A DNA stretch of 60,705 nt, filler included. It is 3 parts of 3 records of this genome, joined end to end, with 100 filler letters (N's around TTAATTAATTAA, not from the genome) between each part and the next. Parts side by side here need not be neighbours in the genome. Positions count along the whole stretch, not along the records: positions 30,265 to 54,463 come from SRR31156797_13938; 2 more parts are not named here. One strand, written 5' to 3'. A program made the position numbers and the translations under genes. Shown here piece by piece: positions 37,675 to 48,197 of this stretch (its first letter is position 1; each line of letters begins with the position of its first letter). The notes under the pieces are model-generated. The model searched no databases and had not been told where the DNA came from. It worked only from the letters and a program-made list of their open reading frames with translations.

Positions 37675-38898
37675 TTATTTTATAGCATCATCGATTTTAA
37701 CCTGGGCGTCAGCCATTGCCTGTGCAGGACTGACGGATCCGACGATTCCCTTCTGCAGAGCCTCCGCTAGAGCGGCAGAGATCTGGGGCCATTTGGCATG
37801 AGGGCCGCGTGGCATCGCAAACTGCATCTCTTCCATGAAAATACTCAGTACCGGATCGGTTTTCCAGCGGGGATTTTCTTCTGCGACATCCCTGCGGGGA
37901 GGAAAGTATCCGGTCTGGCTGATAAAGGCATCAACTTTCTCTTTGTCGGCTATATAGGATAATAGATCCCAGGCTCCTGCTTCATTGCCGCCCTTGATGA
38001 TCCCTATATTCTCTCCGCCAAGGACTGAGGCGTACTTGCTGTCTTTGGGAACCATGGCGATGCCCCAGTCCATATCGGGAGAATCGGCTCTTACAGAGTT
38101 TATATTCCAGGGACCGTTGATCATCATGGCTGCTTTTCCGGTGGAAAACTGTTTTTGTACATCGCTCTGGTTCCAGTTGATAACCTCGGAGCTCATGATA
38201 CCTTCATCGATCAATGTCTTATAGAAGGTCAGGGCTTTGATTCCTTCAGGTGAATCCGGATTCTCCACTGTCGCTCCGGTAGAGAGGTAGGTAGGGAGAA
38301 ACTGAAAGACTCCCTCTTCCGTCTTCAATGCACTAAGGGCCAGCGCGTAGTGGCCTTTGCTTGCCAGTATCCGTCCTGATTCCAGAAGATCATCCCAGGT
38401 CTTTGGTACATCCACTCCAGCTTCCTTCAGCAGAGCTTTGTTGTAGAAAAGCGCCAGGCAGTTGCTGGTAAAGGGGATGCCGTAGTACTTTCCATCCAGA
38501 AGCGTGGAATTGACGGGCCCTTCGAAATAGTTCTCGATCTGACCCCATGCCTGTATTTCGGCGGTTATATCCTTGAACAATCCGGAGCTTGCGAAAGCGG
38601 CCATGTCGGGATTGTCGACTATACCCAGATCCGGAAGCTCTTTTGAAACCAGGCCCATTGAATAGCGCTGTTTCATATCCCCAAAAGGGACATACTCCAC
38701 TTCAGCAACATAACGGGTCTGACTCTCATTATATTCATCGATCATGGCGGCCAGTAGTTCTCCCTCCCCACCGCCCATATAGCTCCACATAAGCACTTTT
38801 TCCGCCTTCTCTGTTGCGGGATCATCTTTTTGCCCTTCTGCAAGCAAAACGGGCCCCAGAGCTGTAATAATACATAACAACAGAATGATCTTTCTCAT
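37675..38898 (-). CDS. Carbohydrate ABC (CUT1) substrate-binding protein
   Basis: Leader ...LLAEGQK; DGKYYGIP, LFYNKALL, KAAMMINGPW, LGGENIGI. Confidence 0.92.
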   Translation of the reverse strand: MRKIILLLCIITALGPVLLAEGQKDDPATEKAEKVLMWSYMGGGEGELLAAMIDEYNESQTRYVAEVEYVPFGDMKQRYSMGLVSKELPDLGIVDNPDMAAFASSGLFKDITAEIQAWGQIENYFEGPVNSTLLDGKYYGIPFTSNCLALFYNKALLKEAGVDVPKTWDDLLESGRILASKGHYALALSALKTEEGVFQFLPTYLSTGATVENPDSPEGIKALTFYKTLIDEGIMSSEVINWNQSDVQKQFSTGKAAMMINGPWNINSVRADSPDMDWGIAMVPKDSKYASVLGGENIGIIKGGNEAGAWDLLSYIADKEKVDAFISQTGYFPPRRDVAEENPRWKTDPVLSIFMEEMQFAMPRGPHAKWPQISAALAEALQKGIVGSVSPAQAMADAQVKIDDAIK

Positions 38899-39101
38899 TT
38901 CAAACTCCTTTTGGAAATATCGTTGTTAGGCATATTATCAAGGCGCATTTCCTTCAGCTCATAGGGTAAGAATTTGATATTCGTTCAAATTCTTGATATC
39001 GAGCTGAGATTGTCAGAATAATGCCATTATATCAAAAAAAGACTCTTCGTAGAACGAATATCCGATGAGACAATTCTTTCAACTTTTTAAAAGGAGAAAG
39101 G

Positions 39102-39980
39102 ATGAAAAGAGAAAATATCGGCTATTTATATTGTCTGCCGGCATTCCTGTTTATGGTCCTCTTCGTTGGGTATCCCATCATATACAATCTGAATCTCAGT
39201 GTGCATGACGTTAATATGATGACAATAAATTCATCGGCCAGAGCGTTTGTAGGGCTGGAGCATTACAAAGCTCTTCTGATAGACGAACTGTTTGCCACTG
39301 CGCTGTTCCAGACCATTCAGTTCACATTGTTTTGCATTGTATTTCAGTTCCTTCTGGGATTCGCTTTTGCGTTATTCTTTAATCTGAAGTTTTCACTCAG
39401 TGAGTCTTTGAGGGGACTGGTTCTGGTGAGCTGGATGGTCCCCCTGACGGTTACCGGTATGCTTTTTAAGTTTATGATGAGTCCCAGTGACGGTATTCTG
39501 AACTATCTTCTGGTCCATATCGGATTGATCCGGGAACCGATTGGCTGGCTGATCGAGGAGGATCTGGCTCTCTGGGGAGTTGTCATTGCCAATACCTGGG
39601 TGGGCATCCCCTTCAATATGATCCTGTTGACCACCAGCATGAGCACCATCCCCGCAGAACTCTACGAGAGCGCTTCCGTCGATGGTGCCGGTAAAGCCAG
39701 AAAGCTGTTTTCCATCACCGTTCCCCTTCTCAAGCCGGCCATCATGTCTATGATCATGCTGGGTCTGATTTATACATTCAAGGTCTTTGATCTGATCTTC
39801 ATTATGACGGGAGGAGGACCGGTTAACGCAACAGAAGTCCTCTCTACGATCTCCTATCGTCGTTCGTTCGCTCTCTTTGAATTCAGCCGCGGCGCCGCAG
39901 TGGCCAATGTTCTGTTTGTGATTCTGTTCGGCATCAGCCTGATCTACTTGAGGATGTTGAATAAGGAGGATTTATCATGA
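39102..39980 (+). CDS. Carbohydrate ABC permease (MalF/UgpA-like)
   Basis: EAA loop IPAELYESASVDGA; FDLIFIMTGGGP. Confidence 0.93.
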   Translation: MKRENIGYLYCLPAFLFMVLFVGYPIIYNLNLSVHDVNMMTINSSARAFVGLEHYKALLIDELFATALFQTIQFTLFCIVFQFLLGFAFALFFNLKFSLSESLRGLVLVSWMVPLTVTGMLFKFMMSPSDGILNYLLVHIGLIREPIGWLIEEDLALWGVVIANTWVGIPFNMILLTTSMSTIPAELYESASVDGAGKARKLFSITVPLLKPAIMSMIMLGLIYTFKVFDLIFIMTGGGPVNATEVLSTISYRRSFALFEFSRGAAVANVLFVILFGISLIYLRMLNKEDLS

Positions 39981-40807
39981 TGGATAAACGCAAGAATGTG
40001 ATCCTGAACACCATCGCGGTTTTGATGACTATAATCTTTCTGTTTCCGATCTACTGGATTATTGTTAACTCGTTGAAATCCAATGGGGAGATCTTCCGGA
40101 TGCCTCCTACATTCTACCCCCATGACCTTTGTCTGGATTCCTATCTGGATCAGATCGTTGGAGATTATTCCATCTTCAGAGGGCTGCGAAACAGTGTCGT
40201 TATCAGTGTGTTCGGATGTCTTATTTCAATGATTCTCGCCGTGCCCGCCGCCTATGGTCTGGCACGTTATCGCATTAAAGGACAGAAGATCTTTATCCTC
40301 TCCTTCCTGATCACCCAGATGCTGCCGGTGACACTCTTACTGACTCCTCTGTTTCTGATCTTTCAGAAAATGGGGCTCTACAATACCTACGCCGCTCCTG
40401 TACTGGCCAATGCGACGACGGCAGTGCCCTTTGTCGTTCTCATCTTAAGGACCTATTTTCTGGGGCTTCCCTCTGAGCTGGAGGATGCTGCCCGGATTGA
40501 CGGCTGCTCCAGTTTTAAAACTTTTTTCAGGATTATGCTGCCCATCGCTCAGTCTGGTATTGTGACTTCTGCGGTGTTCAGTTTTCTTTTCTCCTGGAAT
40601 GATTTGATCTATGCTCTGACTTTCATAAGCAGTCAACCCAACAGGCCTCTTACGGCCGGAATCTACAATTTTATCGGTAAGTACGGAATACAGTGGAACA
40701 ACATCATGGCCTTCAGTACCCTCATCGTCATTCCTGTGGTACTGATCTTCATCTTCTTGCAAAAATACATCGTGGCCGGATTAACCTCCGGTGCGGTCAA
40801 AGGATAA
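39977..40807 (+). CDS. Carbohydrate ABC permease (MalG-like)
   Basis: LPSELEDAARIDG; QKYIVAGLTSGAVKG; ATGA overlap with the upstream gene. Confidence 0.93.
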   Translation: MMDKRKNVILNTIAVLMTIIFLFPIYWIIVNSLKSNGEIFRMPPTFYPHDLCLDSYLDQIVGDYSIFRGLRNSVVISVFGCLISMILAVPAAYGLARYRIKGQKIFILSFLITQMLPVTLLLTPLFLIFQKMGLYNTYAAPVLANATTAVPFVVLILRTYFLGLPSELEDAARIDGCSSFKTFFRIMLPIAQSGIVTSAVFSFLFSWNDLIYALTFISSQPNRPLTAGIYNFIGKYGIQWNNIMAFSTLIVIPVVLIFIFLQKYIVAGLTSGAVKG

Positions 40808-40810
40808 TCA

Positions 40811-42775
40811 ATGGTTAATTATATCGAGATGCAGTCTAAGAAAGACAGGGTCAGGGTCGAGGCCTGGACGGACAATTCGGTGCGAGTCAGGCAGACCCGG
40901 CTGAAGGAGTTCAGGGATTTCGACTGGGCTCTCGAGTCGCGGGAGACCGTTACCGCAGAGCTTAGGGATGGAGATATCCGGGAGCTGATTCTCCCCGGGA
41001 TGTCCGCAAGGATGGATTCGGGGGGGTATCTGGAGTTTTATAAGAGGGATCATAAGGCGCCCATGGTTTCGGAAAAGAAATCCCCCAGGGCCCTGCATGA
41101 GGGGGGGAGGACGCTCAGATCCGGATCGGGAGATCTGTTCCGGGGGGAGGTTTTGTTTGAAGCCTACGAGGATGAACGTTTATGGGGGCTCGGACAGCAC
41201 CAGTACAACGCCTTTGATCAGAAGGGACTCGTTATTCCCCTCAGTCAGATGAATTCTCAGGTCTGCGTTCCCCTTCTTATCTCCTCACGGGGGTATGGAG
41301 TGTTCTGGAACAATCCCGCCGTGGGGCAAGTGGAGCTGGCCCGGAACAGAACCCGCTGGTATGCCGAAAGGACGGAACAGATTGATTATTTCGTCATCAA
41401 TGGAAATAATCCTGCCGAGATCCTCAGGGAATACTATAAAATCACTGGTTTCCCTTCTGCCATGCCCGACTGGGGGACGGGATTCTGGCAGTGCAAGCTC
41501 CGCTATGAAACTCAGGACGAACTGATGGCTGTTGCCCGGGAGCACAAGAGACGGGGGCTTCCCATGTCGGTGATCGTCGTCGACTACTTCCATTGGGAAA
41601 AACAAGGCGTCTGGGATTTCGATTCCAGGTGCTGGCCGGATCCCAAAAGAATGGTGGAAGAATTGGAGAGCATGGGGATTCGTGTAATGGTTTCTGTATG
41701 GCCCAGTGTGAATCCGGATAGTCCCTACTTTGATGAGATGGAAGAGAAAGGTTATCTCATCGAAACCGAGAAAGGTCCTGCCAGCCTGATGCGCTTTACC
41801 GACAGCTATGAGAAAGGAAAGAAGTATCAACACTATTATGACGCTATGAATCCTGAAGCTGGTCGTTATGTTTGGGGAAAATGTAAAAAGAGCTATCTGG
41901 ACCGGGGAATCGGTATTTACTGGCTCGATGCCTGTGAGCCTGAAACCATTCCTTATGATTACGAGAACCTGCGTTATGCCGAGGGGAACGGTGCTGCTGT
42001 GGCCTGTCTCTATCCCATGCTTCATGAAAAGACTTTCTATGAGAATATGAAGGAAAATGGCGTGGAAGAGCCTTTGAACCTCTGTCGCTCGGCTTGGGCG
42101 GGGAGCCAGAAATACGGTGCTGCAATCTGGTCCGGGGACATCGACTCCAGCTTTGAGAGCCTGGAGGTCCAGATGAAGGCGGGATTGAATATGGTCAGCA
42201 GCGGTATTCCCTGGTGGACGACAGATATCGGTGGTTTTTATGGAGGCGATATATCTGATCCCGGATTCCGGGAGTTGCTTGTCCGCTGGTTCCAGTTTGG
42301 TCTTTATTGCCCTATCTTTCGACTACATGGTTTCAGGAACTCATGGGATCCCAAGAGAGGCGCGGATAACGAGGTCTGGTCTTTTGGGGAGGAGGCTTAT
42401 GAGCATATTGTCAGGTATCTTGAGCTTCGGGAGAGGCTTCGTCCTTATATAACAAGGGAAAACGAGAAAACAGTAAGCCAAGGACTCCCTGTAATGCGTC
42501 CTCTTACATTCGATTTCTTTCATGATCCAAAGGCTATCGCAGTAGAGGATCAGTTTCTATTTGGCTCCGAGATAATGGTCGCTCCTGTGGTACGTCAGGG
42601 CTGTCGATCACGGCGGGTTTATCTGCCTGAAGGATGCCGCTGGCAGGATGCCTATAGCGGAACGCTCTATGATGGCGGTCAGTTCATTGAAGTGAATGCT
42701 CCGTTGGATAGGATTCCGACTTTTCTGGTAGAAGGCTCAGGGCTTCTCAAACATTACGATGTGTTGAAGGGCTGA
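40811..42775 (+). CDS. Glycoside hydrolase family 31, probable alpha-xylosidase
   Basis: GFWQCKLRY, nucleophile motif WLDACEPE, WSGDI, WTTDIGGF, RLHG; motif type matches XylS/AxlA-like alpha-xylosidases. Confidence 0.88.
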   Translation: MVNYIEMQSKKDRVRVEAWTDNSVRVRQTRLKEFRDFDWALESRETVTAELRDGDIRELILPGMSARMDSGGYLEFYKRDHKAPMVSEKKSPRALHEGGRTLRSGSGDLFRGEVLFEAYEDERLWGLGQHQYNAFDQKGLVIPLSQMNSQVCVPLLISSRGYGVFWNNPAVGQVELARNRTRWYAERTEQIDYFVINGNNPAEILREYYKITGFPSAMPDWGTGFWQCKLRYETQDELMAVAREHKRRGLPMSVIVVDYFHWEKQGVWDFDSRCWPDPKRMVEELESMGIRVMVSVWPSVNPDSPYFDEMEEKGYLIETEKGPASLMRFTDSYEKGKKYQHYYDAMNPEAGRYVWGKCKKSYLDRGIGIYWLDACEPETIPYDYENLRYAEGNGAAVACLYPMLHEKTFYENMKENGVEEPLNLCRSAWAGSQKYGAAIWSGDIDSSFESLEVQMKAGLNMVSSGIPWWTTDIGGFYGGDISDPGFRELLVRWFQFGLYCPIFRLHGFRNSWDPKRGADNEVWSFGEEAYEHIVRYLELRERLRPYITRENEKTVSQGLPVMRPLTFDFFHDPKAIAVEDQFLFGSEIMVAPVVRQGCRSRRVYLPEGCRWQDAYSGTLYDGGQFIEVNAPLDRIPTFLVEGSGLLKHYDVLKG

Positions 42776-43038
42776 TCTTTGATAATCCCGGGAGGCTGCC
42801 AGAAGGTTGCGCTTTCCGGGAATACTAAGCCCATCGGTCCCTTTGTCTATCGTGAAAGACTCGCATCCCTACTTGCGGAAGAGTCGTATCGTATCTCCGG
42901 ACTGACTTCCCTGACGGTTGTGCTTCCATTCCGGACAGACAGAAGCTGCATGTCTTAAATAAGCTGTAAGGGTTCATGTAAAGCAATTCGATGCTTTCGG
43001 ACTTGCATTGCCCCCCTAAGGACTCTATCATCAAGACT

Positions 43039-44016
43039 ATGTTCCAGAAGTTCCGGGTTGTGATCATTGTCGTTATCTTTCTGATATTGCTGTCTGTCTT
43101 CAGTTTTCTGATGCTCGGCCCCAGGAACGTGGAAGCTCCCGTTCCCCCTCCGGACAAGCACTTCGGCTTGATTGCGGGCAATGTTCATCAGCCTCTCTGG
43201 AGGGACATCTACAAAGGCATTCAGCAATACGCCGTTCAGAATCAGATTGCCGTCGAGCTCTTCGGTCCCGAATACTTCGATCTGCAGGAACATATCCGCT
43301 GGATGAAGATCGCCATGGCCTGTCGTCTGGACGGTCTTATCTTCCCCGCCTATATGGTAAGCCCTTATACCGAACTGATAGGGGCGATGAAAGAGGAGAG
43401 TATCCCCGCCGTAACGGTGATCTACGACCTTCCCGAAAGTGGCAGGGATTCCTTTGTGGGAATAGATCCCGAGGAGCTGGGGAGCGCCGCCGCATTGCTG
43501 ATCGATCATGCCACCGAAGGAAGGGCGGAGATAGCGGTTATAAAGAACTCACTTCTGGATGAAAACGGTATCCAGGATACAAGGGATCCCCTGATCCAGG
43601 GGATCGTCAATGCCGCGGGAAAGCGGGACGGCCTGGAGGTGGCAAAGATAGAGAGTTCTCCCTTCGGGATCTTCAGTACGGAACAGATCTCCAGGGACAT
43701 ACTGAAGAATAATCCGAATATCAATGCTTTTTTCTGTGACAGCGTCTATTCAACCCTGGGGGTCACCCAGATGGTTGTGGATCTGAATCTGGTCGGGCGC
43801 ATCGCCATTGTCGGATTTATGCGCAACGACGATATAGACCGTTATCTGCAAAACGGTATCGTCAATGGCGTTATCCATACGGATAGCTATGAGATCGGAC
43901 GGAGCGCCATATCCATTCTGCATGATCTGAGCGAGAACCGGGAAACCGAGTCCATGGTCAAGATCGGTTTCTCCGTCCTGTTCAGCGATGGGGAGGGGGC
44001 TTCGGGTGACCCTTAA
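43039..44016 (+). CDS. Membrane-anchored periplasmic sugar-binding sensor protein (XylFII-like)
   Basis: N-terminal TM; PBP type 1 pattern; overlaps the downstream kinase start; ATG 43039 preferred. Confidence 0.75.
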   Translation: MFQKFRVVIIVVIFLILLSVFSFLMLGPRNVEAPVPPPDKHFGLIAGNVHQPLWRDIYKGIQQYAVQNQIAVELFGPEYFDLQEHIRWMKIAMACRLDGLIFPAYMVSPYTELIGAMKEESIPAVTVIYDLPESGRDSFVGIDPEELGSAAALLIDHATEGRAEIAVIKNSLLDENGIQDTRDPLIQGIVNAAGKRDGLEVAKIESSPFGIFSTEQISRDILKNNPNINAFFCDSVYSTLGVTQMVVDLNLVGRIAIVGFMRNDDIDRYLQNGIVNGVIHTDSYEIGRSAISILHDLSENRETESMVKIGFSVLFSDGEGASGDP

Positions 44017-45466
44017 CAGGCGGATCTTCTTCACCTTCTTTCCCATCTTCCTGCTCCTCCTTTCGGGCTCCGTCCTGTCCTATTTCAGCTTTCTTGTCTT
44101 CCGGACCGAACAGAGAGTCCTATACAGAGAGAACCTTATTCTCAATCAGCTGGTTCACCAGTATGAGCAGACGAAGATTCCCTATATAAGCTATCTTGAG
44201 TTTAAGAAATTTGAGGATCTGGACTCCTATCTGAGAGAGAGCGCGCAGCTGAAGGAAAGGATGCTGGAATTGGAGGATCAGGTGCAGGGGGATGAGGTTT
44301 CCCTTATCCTCAGAGACATTCTGGGAATGATGGAAAGCTATCTGATCATATCCGATAAGGCGGTTGTCCTGAAAAGGAACCGTCTGATCGCCGAGTACTA
44401 TCGGGAGTATCTCAAGAGCCTGGAGGTGGATCAGTTTATCGACGAATTCACCGGTAAGTACAACAACGCCCTGTTGCAAAAGAACGCCCAGCGTTATCAG
44501 AGCCTGGAAAAGAGAATCAGCTCTCTGCAGCGCTTCTTCATACTCCTGATTTCTATTCTCAGCATCTTCAGCCTGTGGCTTATGAACTATCTGTCCGCCA
44601 CTATATCCCGTCCCGTCCGGGATCTGACCAGAAGGGCCTTTCTTATCGCCGAGGGGGACTTCCGAACGAAGCCGGTGGTGGGGAGTTCCGCTTCCGACGA
44701 ATTGAAGGAGCTGTCCAGAACCTTTAATGTCATGTCCGAGCGGATCAGGGAAAACCTTGGGCTGAAAGACGCCCTGCACATGGAGGAACTGAAGAATCTC
44801 AAGATGCGGGAGAGCGCTTCCCAGGCCGAGTTTTTCGCCCTCCAGAGTCAGATCAATCCCCATTTCATGTTCAACACCCTGAATGCGGGGGTACAGCTTT
44901 CGATGTTCGAAAAGGCAGAGAAGACGGAAGAATTTCTGAACACTTTTTCCCGATTTCTGCGATACTGTCTCAGGGGAATGCAAGAGCCGGTCAGGGTGGA
45001 GGAGGAGATGAACAGCATCTCTCTTTATCTGGAACTGATGAGGATACGCTACGGGGATATCTTTCAGGTCGTCATTAAGGGCGCGCCGAAAAGGCAGGAC
45101 TGGATGCTGCCGCGGACCATCCTTCAGCCTCTTATTGAGAATGTGTTTGTCCATGCCCTGCAGTCTGGGGAGGACATCCGGATAGAGATCGATCTGGAAG
45201 AGAGGCCCGGTCAGCTGCTGATCGGCATAAGCGATAACGGACCGGGATTCTCTGAAGAAGAGATAAGACGTATCAATTCCTTCGGGGATCTCGATTTTGA
45301 TGAGCTGGCCGAACTGACCAGGGGGAGAATCGGACTGGTGAATGTCTATTTCAGGCTCTTCCTCTTCTTCGGGGAGGGCTTTGAGATGTATGCGGAGGAA
45401 GGACCGGGGGCGACGGTCCGTCTGGCGATCCCTGCGGGAGACGGGTATGAAGATTCTGATAGTTGA
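44006..45466 (+). CDS. LytS/YesM-like sensor histidine kinase
   Basis: TM-helical sensor-TM-HAMP; LQSQINPHFMFNTLN, LQPLIEN..VH, DNGPG; GTG 44006 follows SD GGAGG. Confidence 0.92.
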   Translation: MTLNRRIFFTFFPIFLLLLSGSVLSYFSFLVFRTEQRVLYRENLILNQLVHQYEQTKIPYISYLEFKKFEDLDSYLRESAQLKERMLELEDQVQGDEVSLILRDILGMMESYLIISDKAVVLKRNRLIAEYYREYLKSLEVDQFIDEFTGKYNNALLQKNAQRYQSLEKRISSLQRFFILLISILSIFSLWLMNYLSATISRPVRDLTRRAFLIAEGDFRTKPVVGSSASDELKELSRTFNVMSERIRENLGLKDALHMEELKNLKMRESASQAEFFALQSQINPHFMFNTLNAGVQLSMFEKAEKTEEFLNTFSRFLRYCLRGMQEPVRVEEEMNSISLYLELMRIRYGDIFQVVIKGAPKRQDWMLPRTILQPLIENVFVHALQSGEDIRIEIDLEERPGQLLIGISDNGPGFSEEEIRRINSFGDLDFDELAELTRGRIGLVNVYFRLFLFFGEGFEMYAEEGPGATVRLAIPAGDGYEDSDS

Positions 45467-46970
45467 TGATGAGAAAATCTCCAGAGACTCCCTGGAGTGG
45501 ATGATCCTGCAGGAGTGGGATGATGAGCTTTCCGTAGAAACGGCCAGGAGCGGCCTGGAAGGGATCGACAAGGCTCGTGATAACCCTCCGGATATACTGC
45601 TTATGGATATAAGAATGCCCGGAATCTCCGGGCTGGACGCCGCAAAAGAGATCCTGCGGATTCAGCCGGATATCACGATTCTTTTTATCAGCGCCCATGA
45701 GGATTTTCAGTACGCCAGGCAGGCCCTTCAGATGGGAGCGGTCAATTATATTAATAAACCGGTGGACAGAAGGGAATTTCTGGGCGTCCTCAGGGATACG
45801 ATGGGCCGGCTGGCCCGGGAGAGGGAGGAAAAGCAGAAAATCCTGAAGATCAGGAACGAGTACTTTCTGACCCGACCCATTCTGGAGCAGAATCTGATCT
45901 ACGGCATTCTCCTGACGAATGAGCTCCCCGGGCCGGAGCTGCTGGAGTTCGGTGAATTGAGGGAGCTCCTCTCCTCGGGGGGAAGGATCGTGACGGTTCA
46001 GTCCCTTCCGCGGGCGGAAGGTCTTCCGGAAGGACAGGATTCCTCCCTGCTCCGCTTCAAAGAGAGAATGAAAGGTTCCTTTGACTGCCTTTTGGGGCCG
46101 GTTATCCTGAACAGCATTACGGGTCTTGTATTCGATACGGTTTCGCCCGCTGGGGAAGAGTCCCCGTTTAGAAAGAGCTTCTCCGTCTTCTGGGAAGAAC
46201 TGGGGGCAGATCTCACGCTCTCCCTGCGCGCCGGAATCGGCGCCTATGCACATATGGATGAATTCCCCGACTCCTATAACCAATCCCTTCAGGCCTTGAG
46301 TCGCACGGAAACCGGAGAGTTCCGGTTCCTTGAGGGCGAGCCTGTTTCCCAGCAGGTTCAGGAGGCGGAGCTTCCGAGAATTCTAGGCGCTCCCGGGAGT
46401 TCGTCCGACCTCCTTCTCGACGTCCTGAGAAAGCAGGGGCATTCGGTGGCCCGCATCAGGAATCATCTGGCCGAGGAGAGCGCCGTTTCGGTTGTCAAGC
46501 TGCGCAGACAGGGCGTGCCGAAGAACCTCTGGCTCGGTTCGGGAGAGTATCTTACGGCTCTGTTGCAGAGAGACGACTGGAAGGGGATTCTGGAGTGGAT
46601 ACGGACCTTCCGCTCCGCCCTCACGGGGGAGATCAAATCCTCTTCATCCTTCATGCCCTTTCTGGATAAGGCAATCTCCATTCTGGACGAGGAGTATTCC
46701 AGTCCCGAGCTCTCTCTGGAAAGCGTGGCCGACAGATGCTCTGTCAATCCCGCCTATCTGAGCCTGAGGTTCCGGGAACATTTCGATATAAATTTCATGC
46801 AGTACCTGACAAATAAACGTTTGGACAAGGCCTGCCGGTTGCTGAAGGACAGAAATCTGTCGGTAAAGGAGATCTCCTTTCGGATCGGATACAGGGATCC
46901 CAACTACTTCAGCAGGCTATTCCGGAACAGTTACGGCATGCCGCCGTCGGATTTCAGGAAGAAGGGCTAG
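45447..46970 (+). CDS. YesN-like response regulator (receiver + AraC HTH)
   Basis: MKILIVDDE, LMDIRMPG, YINKP; GYRDPNYFSRLFRNSYGMPPSDFR. Confidence 0.93.
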   Translation: MKILIVDDEKISRDSLEWMILQEWDDELSVETARSGLEGIDKARDNPPDILLMDIRMPGISGLDAAKEILRIQPDITILFISAHEDFQYARQALQMGAVNYINKPVDRREFLGVLRDTMGRLAREREEKQKILKIRNEYFLTRPILEQNLIYGILLTNELPGPELLEFGELRELLSSGGRIVTVQSLPRAEGLPEGQDSSLLRFKERMKGSFDCLLGPVILNSITGLVFDTVSPAGEESPFRKSFSVFWEELGADLTLSLRAGIGAYAHMDEFPDSYNQSLQALSRTETGEFRFLEGEPVSQQVQEAELPRILGAPGSSSDLLLDVLRKQGHSVARIRNHLAEESAVSVVKLRRQGVPKNLWLGSGEYLTALLQRDDWKGILEWIRTFRSALTGEIKSSSSFMPFLDKAISILDEEYSSPELSLESVADRCSVNPAYLSLRFREHFDINFMQYLTNKRLDKACRLLKDRNLSVKEISFRIGYRDPNYFSRLFRNSYGMPPSDFRKKG

Positions 46971-46973
46971 GTT

Positions 46974-48026
46974 ATGAAGCGCCATGTCCTTCTTTTGGGG
47001 ACTCTGTTTCTCTCCGTTCTGCTGATGTCATGCCCAAAGCGGGAAGAGAGGCTTGCCGAGGGACCCGGTTCCGCAGGGATAAATGATTCTCCCGTAATCG
47101 GTTTTTCCATGGACACCCTTGTGGTAGACAGGTGGAGAAAGGACCGGAATGTCATGGAGAAGGTCTTCAGGGAGCGGGGCATGACCCTTCTGATCCGGGA
47201 CGGCAGGAACAGCGCCGAGATACAGAAACGCCAGGTTCGGGAGCTGATCGATGAGGGAATTGATCTGTTGATCATCATTCCCCATGATTCAGAAAGCGCC
47301 GCCGATGCCGTTGCGGAGGCCCAGAAGAGAGGGCTTCCCGTTATCAGCTATGACCGTCTGGTAGAGAATGCCGGGACCGATGCCTATGTCTCCTTTGATA
47401 ACCAGGAGGTGGGCCGTCTCATCATGGAGGGGCTGCTGCAGCGTTCCCCTTCGGGGCGTTTCGTTCTGGTCAACGGTGCTCCCAGCGACTATAACAGCAT
47501 CATGATCCGAGAGGGCGTTAACCGGGCACTGGAGGAACATGTCGGAAAGGGACGGCCTTCGATCATTGACGAGAGCTGGACAGATGAGTGGTCCAGCGAC
47601 AAGGCCTATAACTATATCTATCAGCTGCTGCAGGAGGGGGAGTCCTTTGATGGGATCCTCACGGCCAACGACAGTCTGGCCGGCTCGGCGGTCAGGGCCC
47701 TGGCGGAGTTCCGGCTTTCTGAATCCGTCGCCGTTGGGGGACAGGATGCCGACCTGGATGCCTGCCAGCGGATCGTTGAGGGAACCCAGACCCTCACCGT
47801 ATACAAACCTATAGAGACGCTTGTCCGGATAACCGCCGATCTGACGGAATCGCTTCTGGGTCTGAGAGAGCCCTTTGACGGCGATGAACTGATCTCAGAC
47901 GGTTTGAGCAACATCCCCTACTATAAGATTCCTGTCATCCGGGTCGTACGGGAGAATATGGATGAGGTAATCGTGGAGTCCGGATTTCATCCTAAAGAAC
48001 AGATCTATCAGAACGTATCCCATTAA
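46974..48026 (+). CDS. XylF-like sugar-binding lipoprotein
   Basis: Lipobox LLMSC; IGFSMDTLVVDRWRKDR, VISYDRL, YVSFDN, GQDADLDACQRIVEGTQTLTVYKP. Confidence 0.88.
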   Translation: MKRHVLLLGTLFLSVLLMSCPKREERLAEGPGSAGINDSPVIGFSMDTLVVDRWRKDRNVMEKVFRERGMTLLIRDGRNSAEIQKRQVRELIDEGIDLLIIIPHDSESAADAVAEAQKRGLPVISYDRLVENAGTDAYVSFDNQEVGRLIMEGLLQRSPSGRFVLVNGAPSDYNSIMIREGVNRALEEHVGKGRPSIIDESWTDEWSSDKAYNYIYQLLQEGESFDGILTANDSLAGSAVRALAEFRLSESVAVGGQDADLDACQRIVEGTQTLTVYKPIETLVRITADLTESLLGLREPFDGDELISDGLSNIPYYKIPVIRVVRENMDEVIVESGFHPKEQIYQNVSH

Positions 48027-48197
48027 AGAAATGGTTCTGGACAGGCAAACCTAAAGGAAGTCCAGACCGCTGTCCGCGTTTTCTGCGGAAAGTGTTTCTC
48101 ATTGTAAAAAACTGCTATCTATCAAAAAATCCTCTTCTATCTGGATATTCTTTTCCGGGGATAGACTGAACCTACCATATAGCAGGAGGTGCCTTTT

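Noticed and set aside
44120..45571. 483-aa antisense ORF, and similar ones at 31550-32419, 45351-46283 and 51153-52013
   Set aside because: Shadows of well-supported genes on the opposite strand in GC-rich DNA; no recognisable motifs
48104..48140. AAAAAA-n-CTAT direct repeats upstream of xylF as a YesN operator
   Set aside because: The position is plausible, but the repeats are low-complexity with an 18-nt period; too weak to call
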